Of a DNA stretch of 64,000 nucleotides, positions 28,605 through 43,195 are shown piece after piece. The translations under genes and the position numbers were made by a program. Below the pieces are notes generated by a model. That model was not told the origin of the DNA. It did not search any database and saw only the letters and a program-made list of their open reading frames with translations. The DNA lies in contig OX597832.1 in the NCBI GenBank assembly GCA_951406725.2, positions 38,998,001 through 39,062,000 of the forward strand, in the 5' to 3' direction. Within the stretch, counting starts at the first letter, position 1. Each line of letters starts with the position of its first letter. The DNA is from Octopus vulgaris. Its lineage: Eukaryota.

Positions 28605-29157
28605 TATACAATTAAGTAGAGAATAGTGGAGAAATCCAAGCCATATGTTAATGGATCTAAGAAATACGACTTACACGTAGCAGAAAGATCTCATATTATT
28701 CTTAGATTCAGTAAATCCAATACACTCCTTAATCTGAGATCTCAAATTTTTAGTGGATGTAGACATATGGAAAGGTTTCTTTTATCGAATTTGAGGGCAC
28801 CACCCGGTCCGAATTGAGTTGCTGTCTCGCAGACTTTGACAGATTTGTTGCAATTTTGTTTTAGACCAGTTGTATGTAATGAACTCTCTACAATCAGAAT
28901 TCGTTTCTTTTTCGCTTAACCCACAGAACGGTTTTACCGCGGTAAAACCAGGATTTTCTATACGTGAAGAATTTCAATCTATCCGGAATCCGATAGTGCA
29001 GACAGCCCAAAAGCTCGGGTTTGGAGCTGCACTATACATACACACATATATTCATACATACATACATACATACATACATACATACATACATACATACATA
29101 CATACATACATACATACATACATACATACATACATGCATACATACATATACATATAC

Positions 29158-29217
<60 letters not shown>

Positions 29218-30153
29218 GCCTAGTAGGCTGGAAAGGTAGGGTGTTTCCAAAGTAGCTCGGAACCCGAGCTTCGGCTGTCTACACCGTTGCATTCCAGACG
29301 AATGTTTTCGTGTATGTGTCTGTGTGTCTGTGTGTGTATTATGTATGCATGTATGTATGTAGGTACGTATGTATGCGTGTGTATGTGTGAGTGTGTATGT
29401 ATGTGGTTTTTATTATTATTCTTTTTGTTTAGTCAAGCTGAATAACTGATGCAGCGAGTGAAGGTAAAAAGAAAAATAGATCTGAACGAAATTATGAATA
29501 AGAAACAGACTAACTACATTGTGAGCGAATGTTGGTTATGTCTTTATGAATAAATTTAAATAAGTTATTCCGTTTTTATAAGTTTACAGGTTACCGATTT
29601 AAGTGTACCATCATGAATTTATATCTGCTATTTTGTACATGGTTGAATGTTTAGAGTTTTAGCTTTTCCATATATAAATTATATAACTTTCGGTGCATCT
29701 GGAGTATATAACTACGTATGTTTCGTTAAGTATATATATTCTGTCAGAATATCAGTTTGATCTTTCTAATTTATTTGCACACCCGAGAGAGAAAGAGGGG
29801 AGAGGGACACAAGAAGACAAAGATAGAGACGGAGACAAGCAGACAGAGACAGAGACAGAGAAAATGATGAAGGGGAAGACAAAGAGAATGGATATTTCTC
29901 AATAGATGAAAACAAATCATCTCTCTTAGATGAAAGTTCTAACCTATAACATTAGATTTCACTTCTCTTTACAACATACCAACTTACAAGCCTCACACTA
30001 AAATTTTTACCATTGTAAACCACAACCAATTACCATGACCTCTCTTCTTTATGTTTTATAATTAATTATACAAAATAATTTATGTAAAAGTACGTTTTTC
30101 TTCATAATAATTTTTAAGTAAAATAATACTTTTCTTTATTTTCAGAGAAATAA

Positions 30154-30362
30154 GGCGGTGAGTTGGCACAATTGTTACTGCGCAGAACAAAAGTTTCAGA
30201 GGCATTACATCCCGCTCTTTACGTTCTAAGTCCAAATTTCACCCAAGCTGACTTTGCCTTTCATCCTTTCGGGGGTCGACGAACTAAGTACCAGTTGAGC
30301 ACTGGAGTTAACGTAATCGATTTCCCCTCAAAATTGCTAGTCTTGTGCCAAACTTAAGAAGT
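30154..30362 (+). mobile_element. SINE family 2
   Basis: GGCGGTGAGTTGGCA head and core; flanking near-duplication TTATTTTCAGAGAA / TTATTTTCAAAGAA. Confidence 0.82.
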
Positions 30363-30728
30363 ATTATTTTCAAAGAATTCATTACTTAGAAGTGTCATTA
30401 GACTAGAAGGGAGACATAGTCCACTGCCATGCTAAATTTTCTAATTATTTAATTAGGTTTCTTTTATGTTGCTCTTCATTCTGCTTTCAAATATTATTAA
30501 ATGAAAATTGTCTTCTGCTAAGAACTAGATAAAGTAGGCAATTACATAGAGTGTTAATATCTCGGGGTGCCATAATAATTTTGAACGTCGAAAACAAGAA
30601 GGAATATTGAACTGAGTGGAGATGGCTAACTTATTATGGAGTCCAGCACTTCATACATTTCCATTGTTTCTATTATCCAGGAGTGTGGTATCATATCTTA
30701 TGCTTTATGATAGTCAACCCATGCCATG

Positions 30729-31091
30729 CTTCAGGTCGAGTAGCCCATCCCGCTCAAAAGGTCCCTGAATAAGGATTGTTTAAGGATGTTGAACCAACCA
30801 CCCATGTTTCCAAAGATGAATTATCCAAACCGCTAAGAATTCCTTTCAACACATGACTATGATGCTCCACCACTAATTCTGCTCGTGATCAGAGATGCAC
30901 ATATCGTCAGCCACCAAGGGACATGCTCAACTGGTTAAGGTCAAACAACTGACAAGCAAATCTGTGGTATTGAGCAGAATATTTGCTGTAGCCCATCTTT
31001 TTATACCAAGACAAAACAATGTACATGATAACACTTCCAATCAGTTAAGATCAGAAGCCACGAGAGCCACTGCCTGGTACTGCATCAGGGC
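30729..31091 (-). mobile_element. (AAT)n-anchored element, 5' portion
   Basis: Reverse complement overlaps 8369-8600 and extends to (AAT)n-GCCCTGATGCAGTACCAGG. Confidence 0.85.
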
Positions 31092-31103
31092 ATTATTATT
31101 ATT

Positions 31104-31138
<35 letters not shown>

Positions 31139-31167
31139 CATTATTATTATTATTATTATTGTTATTA

Positions 31168-31294
<127 letters not shown>

Positions 31295-31302
31295 CATCAT
31301 CA

Positions 31303-31345
<43 letters not shown>

Positions 31346-31349
31346 CATC

Positions 31350-31387
<38 letters not shown>

Positions 31388-32026
31388 AATTATTATTGCT
31401 GTTGTTGTTATAATTCGACGGTCGTAACTATGTTTCGTGTTTTATATTTTCAGTTTCGACTGACCAATCGAAAAAGTGGAACTCAGAGTTATGTTTCAAG
31501 AATCTTAAGTTTTTACTGTCCAGAGTAGTGTATCGATTCGATAAGATGATATATATCTTATGCAGTTCCATGTAATATATTGATTTCTGTCAACTAACAG
31601 ACAGGAGGTCAATAGGCGTGACTAGTAATATATGTCTGAATCTTCTTCAATATGTTGTGGATTTCAGACTTTCGCATAAAGTTCACATATTTGTAGCAAA
31701 ACAGTTTTAAGAGGTTTTTACTTAGTGTTTGATCTTACTAACGGCAAAGAAATTATTCTTTTCTGTCGTGTGTGGTTTACTCGAGACATTATTGATTTTG
31801 ACACTCACCTTATAAATAACTGGGACTTGGTTTTTATAAAATCAGGAAAGATGAAAAGCGAAACTCTTATTGGAGTTTGGAGGCGAAACTGAAGTGCCTA
31901 AATACCGAACCAGAATTCCTTTAATCTGACACCGGCACGCTGTCAGCTTCGTAGACAAGGGTTCCAGCTGTTCCGATCAACGGACAGCCTGCTCGTGGAT
32001 TTAACGTGCAAGTGGCTGAGTACTAA

Positions 32027-32105
32027 ATGATGATGGGGACATTACATATAAGGAAGTTTTAATTTTTTAAACCCTGACCGGTAATGTACACCTGAAACGG
32101 CCGTA
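32027..32105 (+). ncRNA. Degenerate hammerhead-like fold with long stem II (family E)
   Basis: ATGATGA-T-GGGGACATTAC..GTAATGTACACC-T-GAAAC-GGCC-GTA; C3 and the 5' strand of stem I are missing at the junction with a SINE fragment. Confidence 0.45.
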
Positions 32106-32566
32106 GATGGAAGCCCTACAATTTTTCGGATCCTTTTGATTTACTGTTTTTAACCTTGATATCTTGTTTCACTTTTATCTCATATCTTAGATGTATTACA
32201 AATTTTAGACGATTTAGGCCGTCTGCCATTTTCAAGATCGACATTTTTATTCCTATATCTATCAACCTCTCATTCGTTTTGTGCCTCCTATATGTATCAC
32301 GCGTAACTTTTTACTTGTAATCCTTATTTATATGTGATTTTAAATGTATTTTAGTATATTTTATATCTTATATATCTCTCCTATATTTCTATGTATGTTT
32401 GGTTTTATTTTTATACCCTTGGAGAATCTTTACGCCTGTACATGATTGATTTATATTGATGTGTATAAATATATATGATTGAATATTTCCATTTATGCGT
32501 TCGGGAGTTTGGTTGACTGCTAGGATTTGCGTCTTCATTTTCCTCTACTTTGTATTATATATATAT

Positions 32567-32838
<272 letters not shown>

Positions 32839-33478
32839 TGTATATATATATGTATATGTATATATTTGCATGTAGGTATTTTATGTATATACGACGGATC
32901 ACGGGCTCCTATACGAATTCCATATACTAAATTCACTCACAAGACCATTGATCGCTTCTTGAGGATAGTAGACCAAAATTGCCTAAGGCGTGGCGCAACG
33001 GAGCTGAACACGAAACCGTGTGCTCGCAAAGCAAGTTTCTTAACTTCACGGCTATTGTAATTTTTTATTGATTTAATTTTTGCTTTGAACTAGACAACTC
33101 GATAAATCAAACTCGCTACAATGCGGACTTGCTATATAAGCTGATATATTCCATATTATCTACCGTTTATCTCATATTTCATAGTCATGTGGCAAAATAA
33201 AATTGCTGTATGATTCAACATCATGTGTTTACGTGTGTGCGTTTGTGTGGAGAGAGAGAGCGAGAGTAAAAGAGAGAGAAAAAGAGAGCGACACGTGTTT
33301 TTACAGCAAGAAACTATTAATAGTTGGTATCCTTTATATTATATGCATTAACTGATACTTATCTATCACAGGTTGTAGTAAATTTTTTATTGACCTCACC
33401 TTAATGGAATAGTAAACTCACTCCCTCTTACCTTTCCCTCTCTCTCACTCTCTCTATGTACTTCTATATATATCTATA

Positions 33479-33550
<72 letters not shown>

Positions 33551-33551
<1 letters not shown>

Positions 33552-33708
33552 TTTATTTTAAGCAGCAGAAAATTCAACAAAATCTGTTACTCTGAGTTTC
33601 TCGTTGCCGTTCATCAGACAGTTTTTGCTAGCAAAAACTGTCTGATGAACGGCAACGAGAAACTCAGAGTAACAGATTTTGTTGAATTTTCTGCTGCTTA
33701 AAATAAAG
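33551..33708. repeat. Perfect 158-bp palindrome (79-bp arms, no spacer) within a family C element (33551-33780)
   Basis: Axis between 33629 and 33630 (GCTAGC); arms compared by eye. Confidence 0.95.
33632..33681 (+). ncRNA. Type I hammerhead motif with canonical CUGAUGA/GAAA core (mirror copy on minus strand, 33578-33627)
   Basis: CAAAAACTGT-CTGATGA-A-CG(GCAA)CG-A-GAAACT(CAG)AGTA-ACAGATTTTG; predicted GUA cleavage after 33671. Stem II is only 2 bp plus a GNRA loop. Confidence 0.72.
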
Positions 33709-33777
33709 CATATTACTCTACCACTGGTATTTGAGTACTCTTTTTTCCACCTTGTTTCACATTTATATGTTTACTCC

Positions 33778-33839
<62 letters not shown>

Positions 33840-33883
33840 TGTATGTATGTATGTATGTATGTATGTATGTATGTGTATGTATG

Positions 33884-33925
<42 letters not shown>

Positions 33926-34096
33926 GGCGTAAGAGTGGCTGTGTAGTAAGTAGCTTGCTAACCAACCACATGGTTCCGGGTTCAGTCCCACTGCGTGGCA
34001 CCTTAGGCAAGTGTCTTCTACTATAGCCTCGGGCCGACCAAAGCCTTGTGAGTGGATTTGGTAGACGGAAACTGAAAGAAGCCCATCGTATATATG

Positions 34097-34127
<31 letters not shown>

Positions 34128-34352
34128 TTGTATATGTTTGTGTGTCTGTGTTCCCCCCCCCCCCCCCCAGCATCTCTTGACAACCGATGCTGGCGTGTTT
34201 ACGTCCCCGTAACTTAGCGGTTCGGCAAAAGAGACCGATAGAATTAGTACTAGGTTTACAAAGAATAAGTCCTAGGGTCGATTTGCTCGACTAAAGGCGA
34301 TACTCTAGCATGGCCACAGTCACATGACTGAAACAAGTAAAAGAGTAAAAGT
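33926..34352 (+). mobile_element. SINE family 1, full length
   Basis: Colinear with 18158-18550. Confidence 0.92.
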
Positions 34353-34559
34353 GTATATATATATATATCCACACGTATGTATGCCTGTACGTACGTATGT
34401 ATGTATGTATGTATGTATGTATGTATGTATGTATGTATGTATGTATGTATGTATGTATGTATGAGTATGCGTATTTGTGTTAGTGCCCAGCCACCGTTTG
34501 ACAACGGGTCTTGATTTGCTTACGTGAATACAATTAGTAAAACAATGTAACGCAGAGTT

Positions 34560-35090
34560 TCCTATACACTTTCTCAGTCTTCAAGTTTTAAGCAGTTATT
34601 TTCTACTTTGCACGCGAAGTACGCCAGTAAATTCTTCTTTAATCTCCGTTCCACAGACTCGAAATCTATAGTTGAGATTCGAGACTGTTGAATTTAGAGC
34701 ACTTTCTCAAAAACACTTCAGTTTTCTCTTCCCATTTCCTGTTAAACAAACTTCAAATATACAAACTCTTCAATATAGCATCACCAATTTCCATACAAAA
34801 TCTACGTATGAAAGCTTAGTAGCCGCAGCACACGTTTTAACAATAGCAGTCCACCTCACTAACGCACCATCATTGGACTTCTTCTCTTTTCTTATTGAGA
34901 TAACAGAAATAATAATAAAAGAAATATTGGATAACTCGAAACTTAGAATCAATCGAAGTGATACCTACAGTTCGTAGCGACAATGGCGTCCACATGCCAA
35001 TTCATAAGATTGTCAGCATCTTTTATCTCAGACTTCACATCTTCTGATATCGCATCAAAACCTGCCGCTTTAATAACACGCCGTTTCTTA
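34560..35090 (-). pseudogene. Heavily degraded non-LTR RT fragment (RTE-like)
   Basis: KAAGFDAI and KLSYVDF motifs occur in the expected order, with many stops. Confidence 0.4.
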
Positions 35091-35109
35091 TCTTTCTTTC
35101 ATATATATG

Positions 35110-35191
<82 letters not shown>

Positions 35192-35281
35192 TGTGTGTGT
35201 TAGTATGTATGTACATGTAAATCACACACACAAACACACATATACATAAAACATATGCATTCATGCACATACATATATATA

Positions 35282-35333
<52 letters not shown>

Positions 35334-35494
35334 TATACACATATACATGAATGCATAAATGCATATATATATATATGTATGTATGTATGTATATTCATAC
35401 TTATGATCACACATCGGTCACGTATGTACTAACATATATTCATGTGTTCGTAAACGAGCATATACCCGCATCTGCGTATACATATACACACACA

Positions 35495-35553
<59 letters not shown>

Positions 35554-35568
35554 ACATATACATATATG

Positions 35569-35618
<50 letters not shown>

Positions 35619-36153
35619 ATGTATGTAAGATGTATCTAAGTATGTATTTACTAATGTATATGTTATTTCTTATTTCACTTATTTGTACTTTTCTTTATTT
35701 TTCCTTCATCTCTTTTCCACTTTTTATCATTTTCTTCTTCTTTTGCCCGTAATGAAATATTGACATTTCGCCTCAGCATAAACGCCAAAGCTCTTTTGTC
35801 AGTGATCTAACATATTCATATGGATACAGACACGTATCTATACACGCTTACCTATGCATACGGACAAATCTTACACACGCACACGTATGACACCTATGTA
35901 GTATACATATATCAATGTATGTGTATATACATGTGTGTCTCTATGTGTTTGCACGTGTGTGTGTGTTTGTGTGTCTGTGTCTGTGTGTGTATGTGTGCGT
36001 GTCTTTGTGTGTCAGTGTATGTATGTGTGTGTAATATATATATATATATATATACAAATATAGATGATATATATCTGTATATCTGTACATATGTGTATGT
36101 GTGTATGTATATATGTATATATATATATATATATATACATACATAAATATACG

Positions 36154-36223
<70 letters not shown>

Positions 36224-36243
36224 TATATATATATGAGTGTATA

Positions 36244-36303
<60 letters not shown>

Positions 36304-36761
36304 CATATATATACACACAAATATATATATATATATATTTATATATGTGTATGTATATATATATATATATGTATGATTTATGATTGTCGTCGAAAAAGTT
36401 TGCGTAAGTTAAAAAATGAAGTGGACACTGTTATGTTAAGTAATATACTAGGTATATTATTTACACAGTATAACATATAATATATAAATAAATTGTGAAT
36501 TTATTCTCATAATTCTATGGTTGGGTGTGAGCGTTGGATGTTGGGGGGGAGGGCGAAATACCTTTTTATTGTGAGAATACTCAAATGGGGAAGAAGCCAG
36601 TCTTAACTGCTACGGTGAAACCGAGTTAAAGTATATTTGACCATGCATATACACGCTCACACATGGTTTTCAAAGAAACTCCTATCAAGCTGTCACCCTA
36701 TGCCTATCCCTTTCTTCTCTCACCCTGTGTTTCTCACACTTCCATCTTCTTCATTCTACAA

Positions 36762-36808
<47 letters not shown>

Positions 36809-37473
36809 TACACAGAGATATTTATGATAGTATAGGATAGAATTATAATTAAAAGCATAGAAGAGGCCATTCCTAAACTGAAAATAGACGCTAAATCGTC
36901 AAACCACTTAAAATTATTACTTTATGGCATACACGTGTTGAAATCGAGGGAATCGGCTCACAGAAATTCATAAAATAGCCTTGGATTGATTAGTTTCTGG
37001 ATTAGTCTAATAACACTTCCTCATTAGCAAGGCATACTGAGGGAAATAAATGAGTAATTTATACGTACCCACAGGAAGGCAAATGCAAATCTACGACTAC
37101 ACGCAAATGCAACAAACATATCTGCATCGACGTACTACTCTGACTAACTACACACGTGCTGATGTAGACTACGAAATTAGATGCGGACGTATTTGTGGTG
37201 CTTGTATGTAATCGTAGCTTTGCGTTCGCCAGCTGGCTACCGATGCCCAACTGTGTCCTTATACAAGGTCTAGGGTTGCCATCTCTAGGCAACGGTTATC
37301 CTGTGCCGATGAAGGGAAATAACTCAGAAACCACGATCCGCAGGTACCGTTTAAGGCTGAGTAGGGACATTAACTCCTTTATTCGAGGTATAAGGACACA
37401 ATTGTGCGTCGGTACCCAGCTGGAAAAGATGTTGTCTTGAAGCTATAAAATGTAGTAACATCGTCCTAATGAG

Positions 37474-38388
37474 ATGTCATCGGGTGTACCACAGGGATCT
37501 GTCCTTGGTCCCCTCTTGTTTGTGGCATACATTAACGACATAGATGCCAATTTAAAGAATGCCACAGTATTGAAATATGCAGACGACATCAAGCTGTACC
37601 TTGAAATCAAGAGGACAGATCCTGATGTCTACAACTCTTTCCTGCAATCAGACCTAGACACAATGCAGCAATGGATCATAGACTGGCAACTGAAACTGGC
37701 TGTGGACAAGTGTACCACCATGCATTTTGGGAGAAAAAACCCTGCGTTCACATACTCCCTCCACAACACTGATATCAAGAAATCCTCTTGCGAGCGTGAC
37801 CTAGGCATCACTGTCAGCAGTGATTTGCGTTGGTCAAAGCATATCTCTAAGATTGTCAGGAAGGCCGAGGGTGTCTTGGCATCACTCAGCAGGTCTTTTG
37901 TTAGCCGCTCTCCAGCCATCTATTTAAAACTGTATACAGCTATGGTACGACCACACTTGGAATTCGCATCATCAGTTTGGAACCCCTATCTTGCACAGAA
38001 CATTGACCTCCTGGAATCTGTCCAGAGACGTGCAACCAAACGCATACCCTCCATCAGACACCTACCATATTCTGAGCGCCTTGGTTCCCTGGGCATGGAT
38101 TCACTGAAGCTCCGGCGTTTGGCGACGGACTTGGTAAACACCCACAAAGTTATCAACCACCTCACCAACAACAACACTGAACACCTTTTTGATCTCCATG
38201 TGTCTAACACACGTGGACATGCCTACAAAGTCAGAAAACAATACAGCTCCCATGACTTTCGGAAACATTTTTTCACGCTCAGAGTTGCTGAAGCATGGAA
38301 TAAACTGCCTGCGTCAGTTGTTGACTGCCATGACACTGCATCTTTTAAGGCCCTCATGCTTTCCGAAATCCGCCGAAACTACACCTGA
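37474..38388 (+). CDS. 5'-truncated CR1-group LINE ORF2 (RT C-terminal half)
   Basis: SGVPQGSVLGPLLF, YADD, RPHLEFASSVWNP, TRGH..FFTLRVAEAWNKLP; short 3' UTR and (ATT)n tail to about 38462. Confidence 0.93.
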   Translation: MSSGVPQGSVLGPLLFVAYINDIDANLKNATVLKYADDIKLYLEIKRTDPDVYNSFLQSDLDTMQQWIIDWQLKLAVDKCTTMHFGRKNPAFTYSLHNTDIKKSSCERDLGITVSSDLRWSKHISKIVRKAEGVLASLSRSFVSRSPAIYLKLYTAMVRPHLEFASSVWNPYLAQNIDLLESVQRRATKRIPSIRHLPYSERLGSLGMDSLKLRRLATDLVNTHKVINHLTNNNTEHLFDLHVSNTRGHAYKVRKQYSSHDFRKHFFTLRVAEAWNKLPASVVDCHDTASFKALMLSEIRRNYT

Positions 38389-38543
38389 TTATATATACAC
38401 TTTAGATGAGTTGTAGTGCACCTGAGCACTGTACACAATTATTATTATTATTATTATTATAATCATGACTTCCCGCTTTACGTTGGTAAATAGATTTTAC
38501 GCTGTGGTACTCTTACTACTTACTTCTCGCTCGGAAATTAAAA

Positions 38544-38618
<75 letters not shown>

Positions 38619-39214
38619 AAATACGCAACAAGGATATCCAGAGGTAATGCAGTACGATCGTTTCATGCACATGCATTTAATTGAACAATGCAATCATTAC
38701 ATTAATTTAAAATGCATTTATATGCATTTATATACTACGTTCTGCGTAAGACATCGGCCTAATATCGGACAGAGGGATTTAACTCTACAATTGCAACTAG
38801 GAAAATCATCATTATTAATATTAGTATTATTGAGATTTAAATTATTATTTTCTTTTTATTTTTAATATTTTTGCTATTAATAATTCTATTATCAAGTATG
38901 TTATGTTAACGTCTGTCATTTTATAACTCCACTTCAATCGTATTATCATATAAAATCGCCACTGCATCATCAGGCATACTAATGGTTTCCATGCCTGTAT
39001 ATGTACTGGAACTATACTCCATAATGTTATTATTAGAAGTGCTACCAGTATTCCTTCTATTCACCCCATCATCATCAATACTACTATTTTCATTTTCGGG
39101 GTTTAAGTTATAGTTGATAGTACTATTATTACTAATATAATTATTAATATTGCTATTGTTATTATTATTTTTTATTGCTAATGTTACTATTATTTTTTTT
39201 TATTATCAACAATT

Positions 39215-39795
39215 CTAGCTGATTTTATATTCTTCCTATTCAATCTAGCTATGATGGTACCTCTATTGGTGAGAGTAGAGTATGAATTTCTAACTGTCTT
39301 ACGTGAAAAGATTCTATTATATCTATGATAATTAGGGAAGTTTTTTCTAAAATAGCTATAATTTTTCTATATACGAGTAATATTGTGGATAATGTTTAGT
39401 TGTATGGGATATTGAACCAGACGAGATTCTTACTTTTAAATTTTTTGTGTAAAGGCAGGATATATTTGGACCATCCCTGCTCCCTAGAATCATGCCATGA
39501 TTAATAGTTTTGTATATATTTCTAGTGGGTCCCTTGTCAGCAGGAGTAACCATTTCTTTTTCATCGTCACCTGTTTTTTTATCTAACCTAAGCTTCTTAC
39601 TCGTTTTAGTATTCTGTCTCCTATCGAAGCATACTCCGTTTTTATTATTTAAAATGTTAGGTTTGTAGGATGGGCTATCATTTAGTATTTTTTCACAACT
39701 AATTAAGTTAGTAGACTTTCTATTACTTTGAAATTGTATGGATAATACCTTACTAAATTCTGGTGCCTCAACTTAAGTACCATATTCATCCGAAT
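39215..39795 (-). mobile_element. Internally deleted Penelope-like element relic
   Basis: VTPADK and GMILGSRDG RT motifs, then LVWFNIPYN..NFPNYHRYNRIFSRKTVRNSYST, the linker typical between PLE RT and GIY-YIG domains. Confidence 0.82.
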
Positions 39796-39812
39796 CTATC
39801 TATCTATCTAGC

Positions 39813-39849
<37 letters not shown>

Positions 39850-39956
39850 GTATGTATGTACATATGTATATATATATATATGCATATATATATATTTATA
39901 TATATATATATATCAATCTATCTATCTATTTATCAGTCTATCTATCTATTTATCAG

Positions 39957-40166
<210 letters not shown>

Positions 40167-40526
40167 GATAATTACTAATGTACATATATTCATTCAAATA
40201 CCCACATAAAGAGAAAGTTTCAGTTTGAATGCTAAGTATTACGGATAATTTAGTTATGTTTGAAGGATCTTCAGTTTTCTACTTGAAGGTTCAGCGCGAT
40301 TAAGGATCAGAACTCCTATAACCAATAACGAGTTGTTGTTGTCTTTGCTGTTGTTGTTGTTGTTATCTTAACAGGTTTACGGAGACTAAAGTAATATCAA
40401 GTATATTGTAGTTTTCGTAAATATAACTCAATACGGTTCATATAATGATAATGGATATTACAAATAAGTGTGTCCTTTACGTATTTACTGTTTATTCTGG
40501 TACACACACATAAAGTGTGTGTGTGT

Positions 40527-40569
<43 letters not shown>

Positions 40570-42067
40570 GCAAAGAGTGAAAAAGATGCACACACATAGA
40601 CACAGAGAGAGAGAATGATGGAAGGAGTAAAAGACACTCAAAAATGAAATTATGACTTGGTTTATTGTATCTATGATTAACAAATATCATGTTGTATCCA
40701 CTTCTCTCGTGACTCATGTGTGTTAATCAGAAGACCTTTATTCAACTAAAACATATATTGTTATTTCTCTAATTCGAATTCCCAATCTGCATTCGAAAAA
40801 CGCGTGGTACGGCGCTGTGTTCAATCAGGTGTGCTAGATAACTTGCCACAGTTATTATTTTTGTTGTAAGTGGTTGTTGTTGTTGTTGCTGTTGTTGCTG
40901 TTGTTGGTGGTGGTGGGGGTTGTGTTGCTGATGTTGTTATTATTGTTGTTGTTTAAACTCAGGTGATCTCTGATCGAGCAGGCCTAGAAGCAAAGGAATC
41001 CCAATCCGCTTTCACTTCCTTCTCTTCTAATACAATATTTTCTTTCAAGCACAGTACTCTGTGAAAGATATTACGAATGAGTCCTTCTCTAAGATGACAG
41101 AGTGTAACTTTAATGAGATACGACTGCCACTTCTAGCATTCGTGCGATCATCTTAAAGGTCCATAGTTGCATGTAATCTAGTCAGAGTTGGCGGGACAGC
41201 TCACATTTACTTCGATGACGCTTCACCCCACACTGTTGAGATTGGTGTAATTAAAAACACCATGAGGTGCCCGATTGCCAACCGCATAAGACATTGAGAG
41301 TGTGTGTGTGTGTACGTATGTGTGTAAGTTTCTATGTGTGTGAGTGAGTGTGTGTATGGGAAAGAGTATATGTGTGTGTATATGAGTATGTCTTAGAGAG
41401 AAGTAGCTTGCTAATAATACAGACAAGTTTCAAATTCTATCCCAGACGCAGATTGAACTGCACAGCGCAAACCCACACATCATTCATCAGCAGGTTAGAC
41501 TGATCCGACTGATACATATATTTTGTGCCATATTCGTATGGCACGAAACATGTGGTGCCCACATGTTTACAGTCAGAAGTACTGAGGTTATGAGAGGAAC
41601 TGTTTTATGATTGGAAAGTGTGCAGCGATGGTCATGAAATGCATACAGCTCATCACTGAGTTAGTTGACAACCATCGAAAGGATTTGGTAAGCTGTTAAA
41701 CTAACGCTGACACATGCATAAACCAGAATTATCCATCTATCAAACAAAAGTACCTAATTAAATACAGACAAACATATAAGGGATGGCTATAATAGGACAT
41801 CCGACTCACTAGAAAGAGCAGCTAAACTCCAAACCACTAATAGTCGTAATTCTGAAATGGAAAGAGAAATAAAAACGTTTACCCTATCCTTTCTGTACTA
41901 TGCATAGTTTCGGCAATCTTTTGTAAATAAATTAATTAATTAAATACAGAGATTACAATACTTCAATCCGCCGTTCCTCTTGCATGCACACACACGCGCG
42001 CATTCATATACATACAGAAACACACTTAGTCACTCTCCTCAACCCTTTCGTCATATCACAAGTAATC

Positions 42068-42360
42068 TGGTACTCCGTCGGTTACTACAATGATAGTTTC
42101 AGTTGATCCGGTCAACAGAACAGTTTGCTTGTGAAACTAACGGGCGAGTGGGCAGCTTTGAGGGAGATTTCAGCGTGAAACAGAAAGTAACAAGTCTACC
42201 TCATTCATCTATAGGGACAACTAATATTTGCCAGCTGAGTGGACTTGAGCAACGGGAAATAAAGTTTCTTGCTCAAGGACGTAACGCGACACCGGGAATC
42301 GAACTCACGACCTTACCATGGTGAGCCGAATACCTGAACCAATAAACCGCACTCCTCCAC
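42068..42360 (-). mobile_element. tRNA-derived SINE (family 3-related)
   Basis: Minus strand GTGAGTTCGATTCCCGG B-box and CCTTGAGCAAG; tail shared with 47530-47585. Confidence 0.75.
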
Positions 42361-42760
42361 TTTATCACAAGAACACAGACAAACACACTTTACCAGACAC
42401 ATTATAGCAATTACCACAATCTCCCGTTTCCTCATACGCACACACACTTGCACATACAGGCACACACAAACACGCTCTCATATTGTCATATCCAATGCCT
42501 CAATCCCCGCCTCTCCCATACACACTCACGCACACACACACACACACACACATGACGTCACATTTTACAACTTTCATTTATTTCTTCTTTGTTGACTCCA
42601 TCTAATTCTAATTTCGTTTTGAATATCAAAGATTTATGTTTCTCTGTGAAATCTTGTAAGAAAATAATTTCAATAATGGCGAATATTGAATCCAAAGATT
42701 CCACTGGAATCTGTTGTTATGTTGCTAAAACCTAAACTTTTCCTCGTCGCCTCTTTCTCC

Positions 42761-42802
<42 letters not shown>

Positions 42803-43195
42803 ATCTCTCTCTCTCACTTTCTCACTCTCTTTCTGTCTCTCTATCTATCCATCTCTTTCCCTTCTCATTTCCATTCTTGTCTCTCCTGTACCTTCTCCTC
42901 CCTTCTTCTTCCCACCTCCTATTCTTCACCTCGTCCCCTCCTTCATCCTTATTCCCCACCTTCTCCTTTCCTCCTTCTCCTCCTCCTCCTTTCTCTGCAC
43001 CAAAACAAACCAACGGCGAGCAATCGTTATGAAACAATATTCAACAACTATTTTGATGGTCGACAAAGTAGATGTGACTTAAACAGCAAAACGGAGGAAA
43101 CTAGCGATTAGCCATGTTGCACACAATGAGTGTAAGCAGTTCGAATTTCAAGCGATACAGTTGAACTCTTTACTATGAGTGTAAACCTCTTAAAC

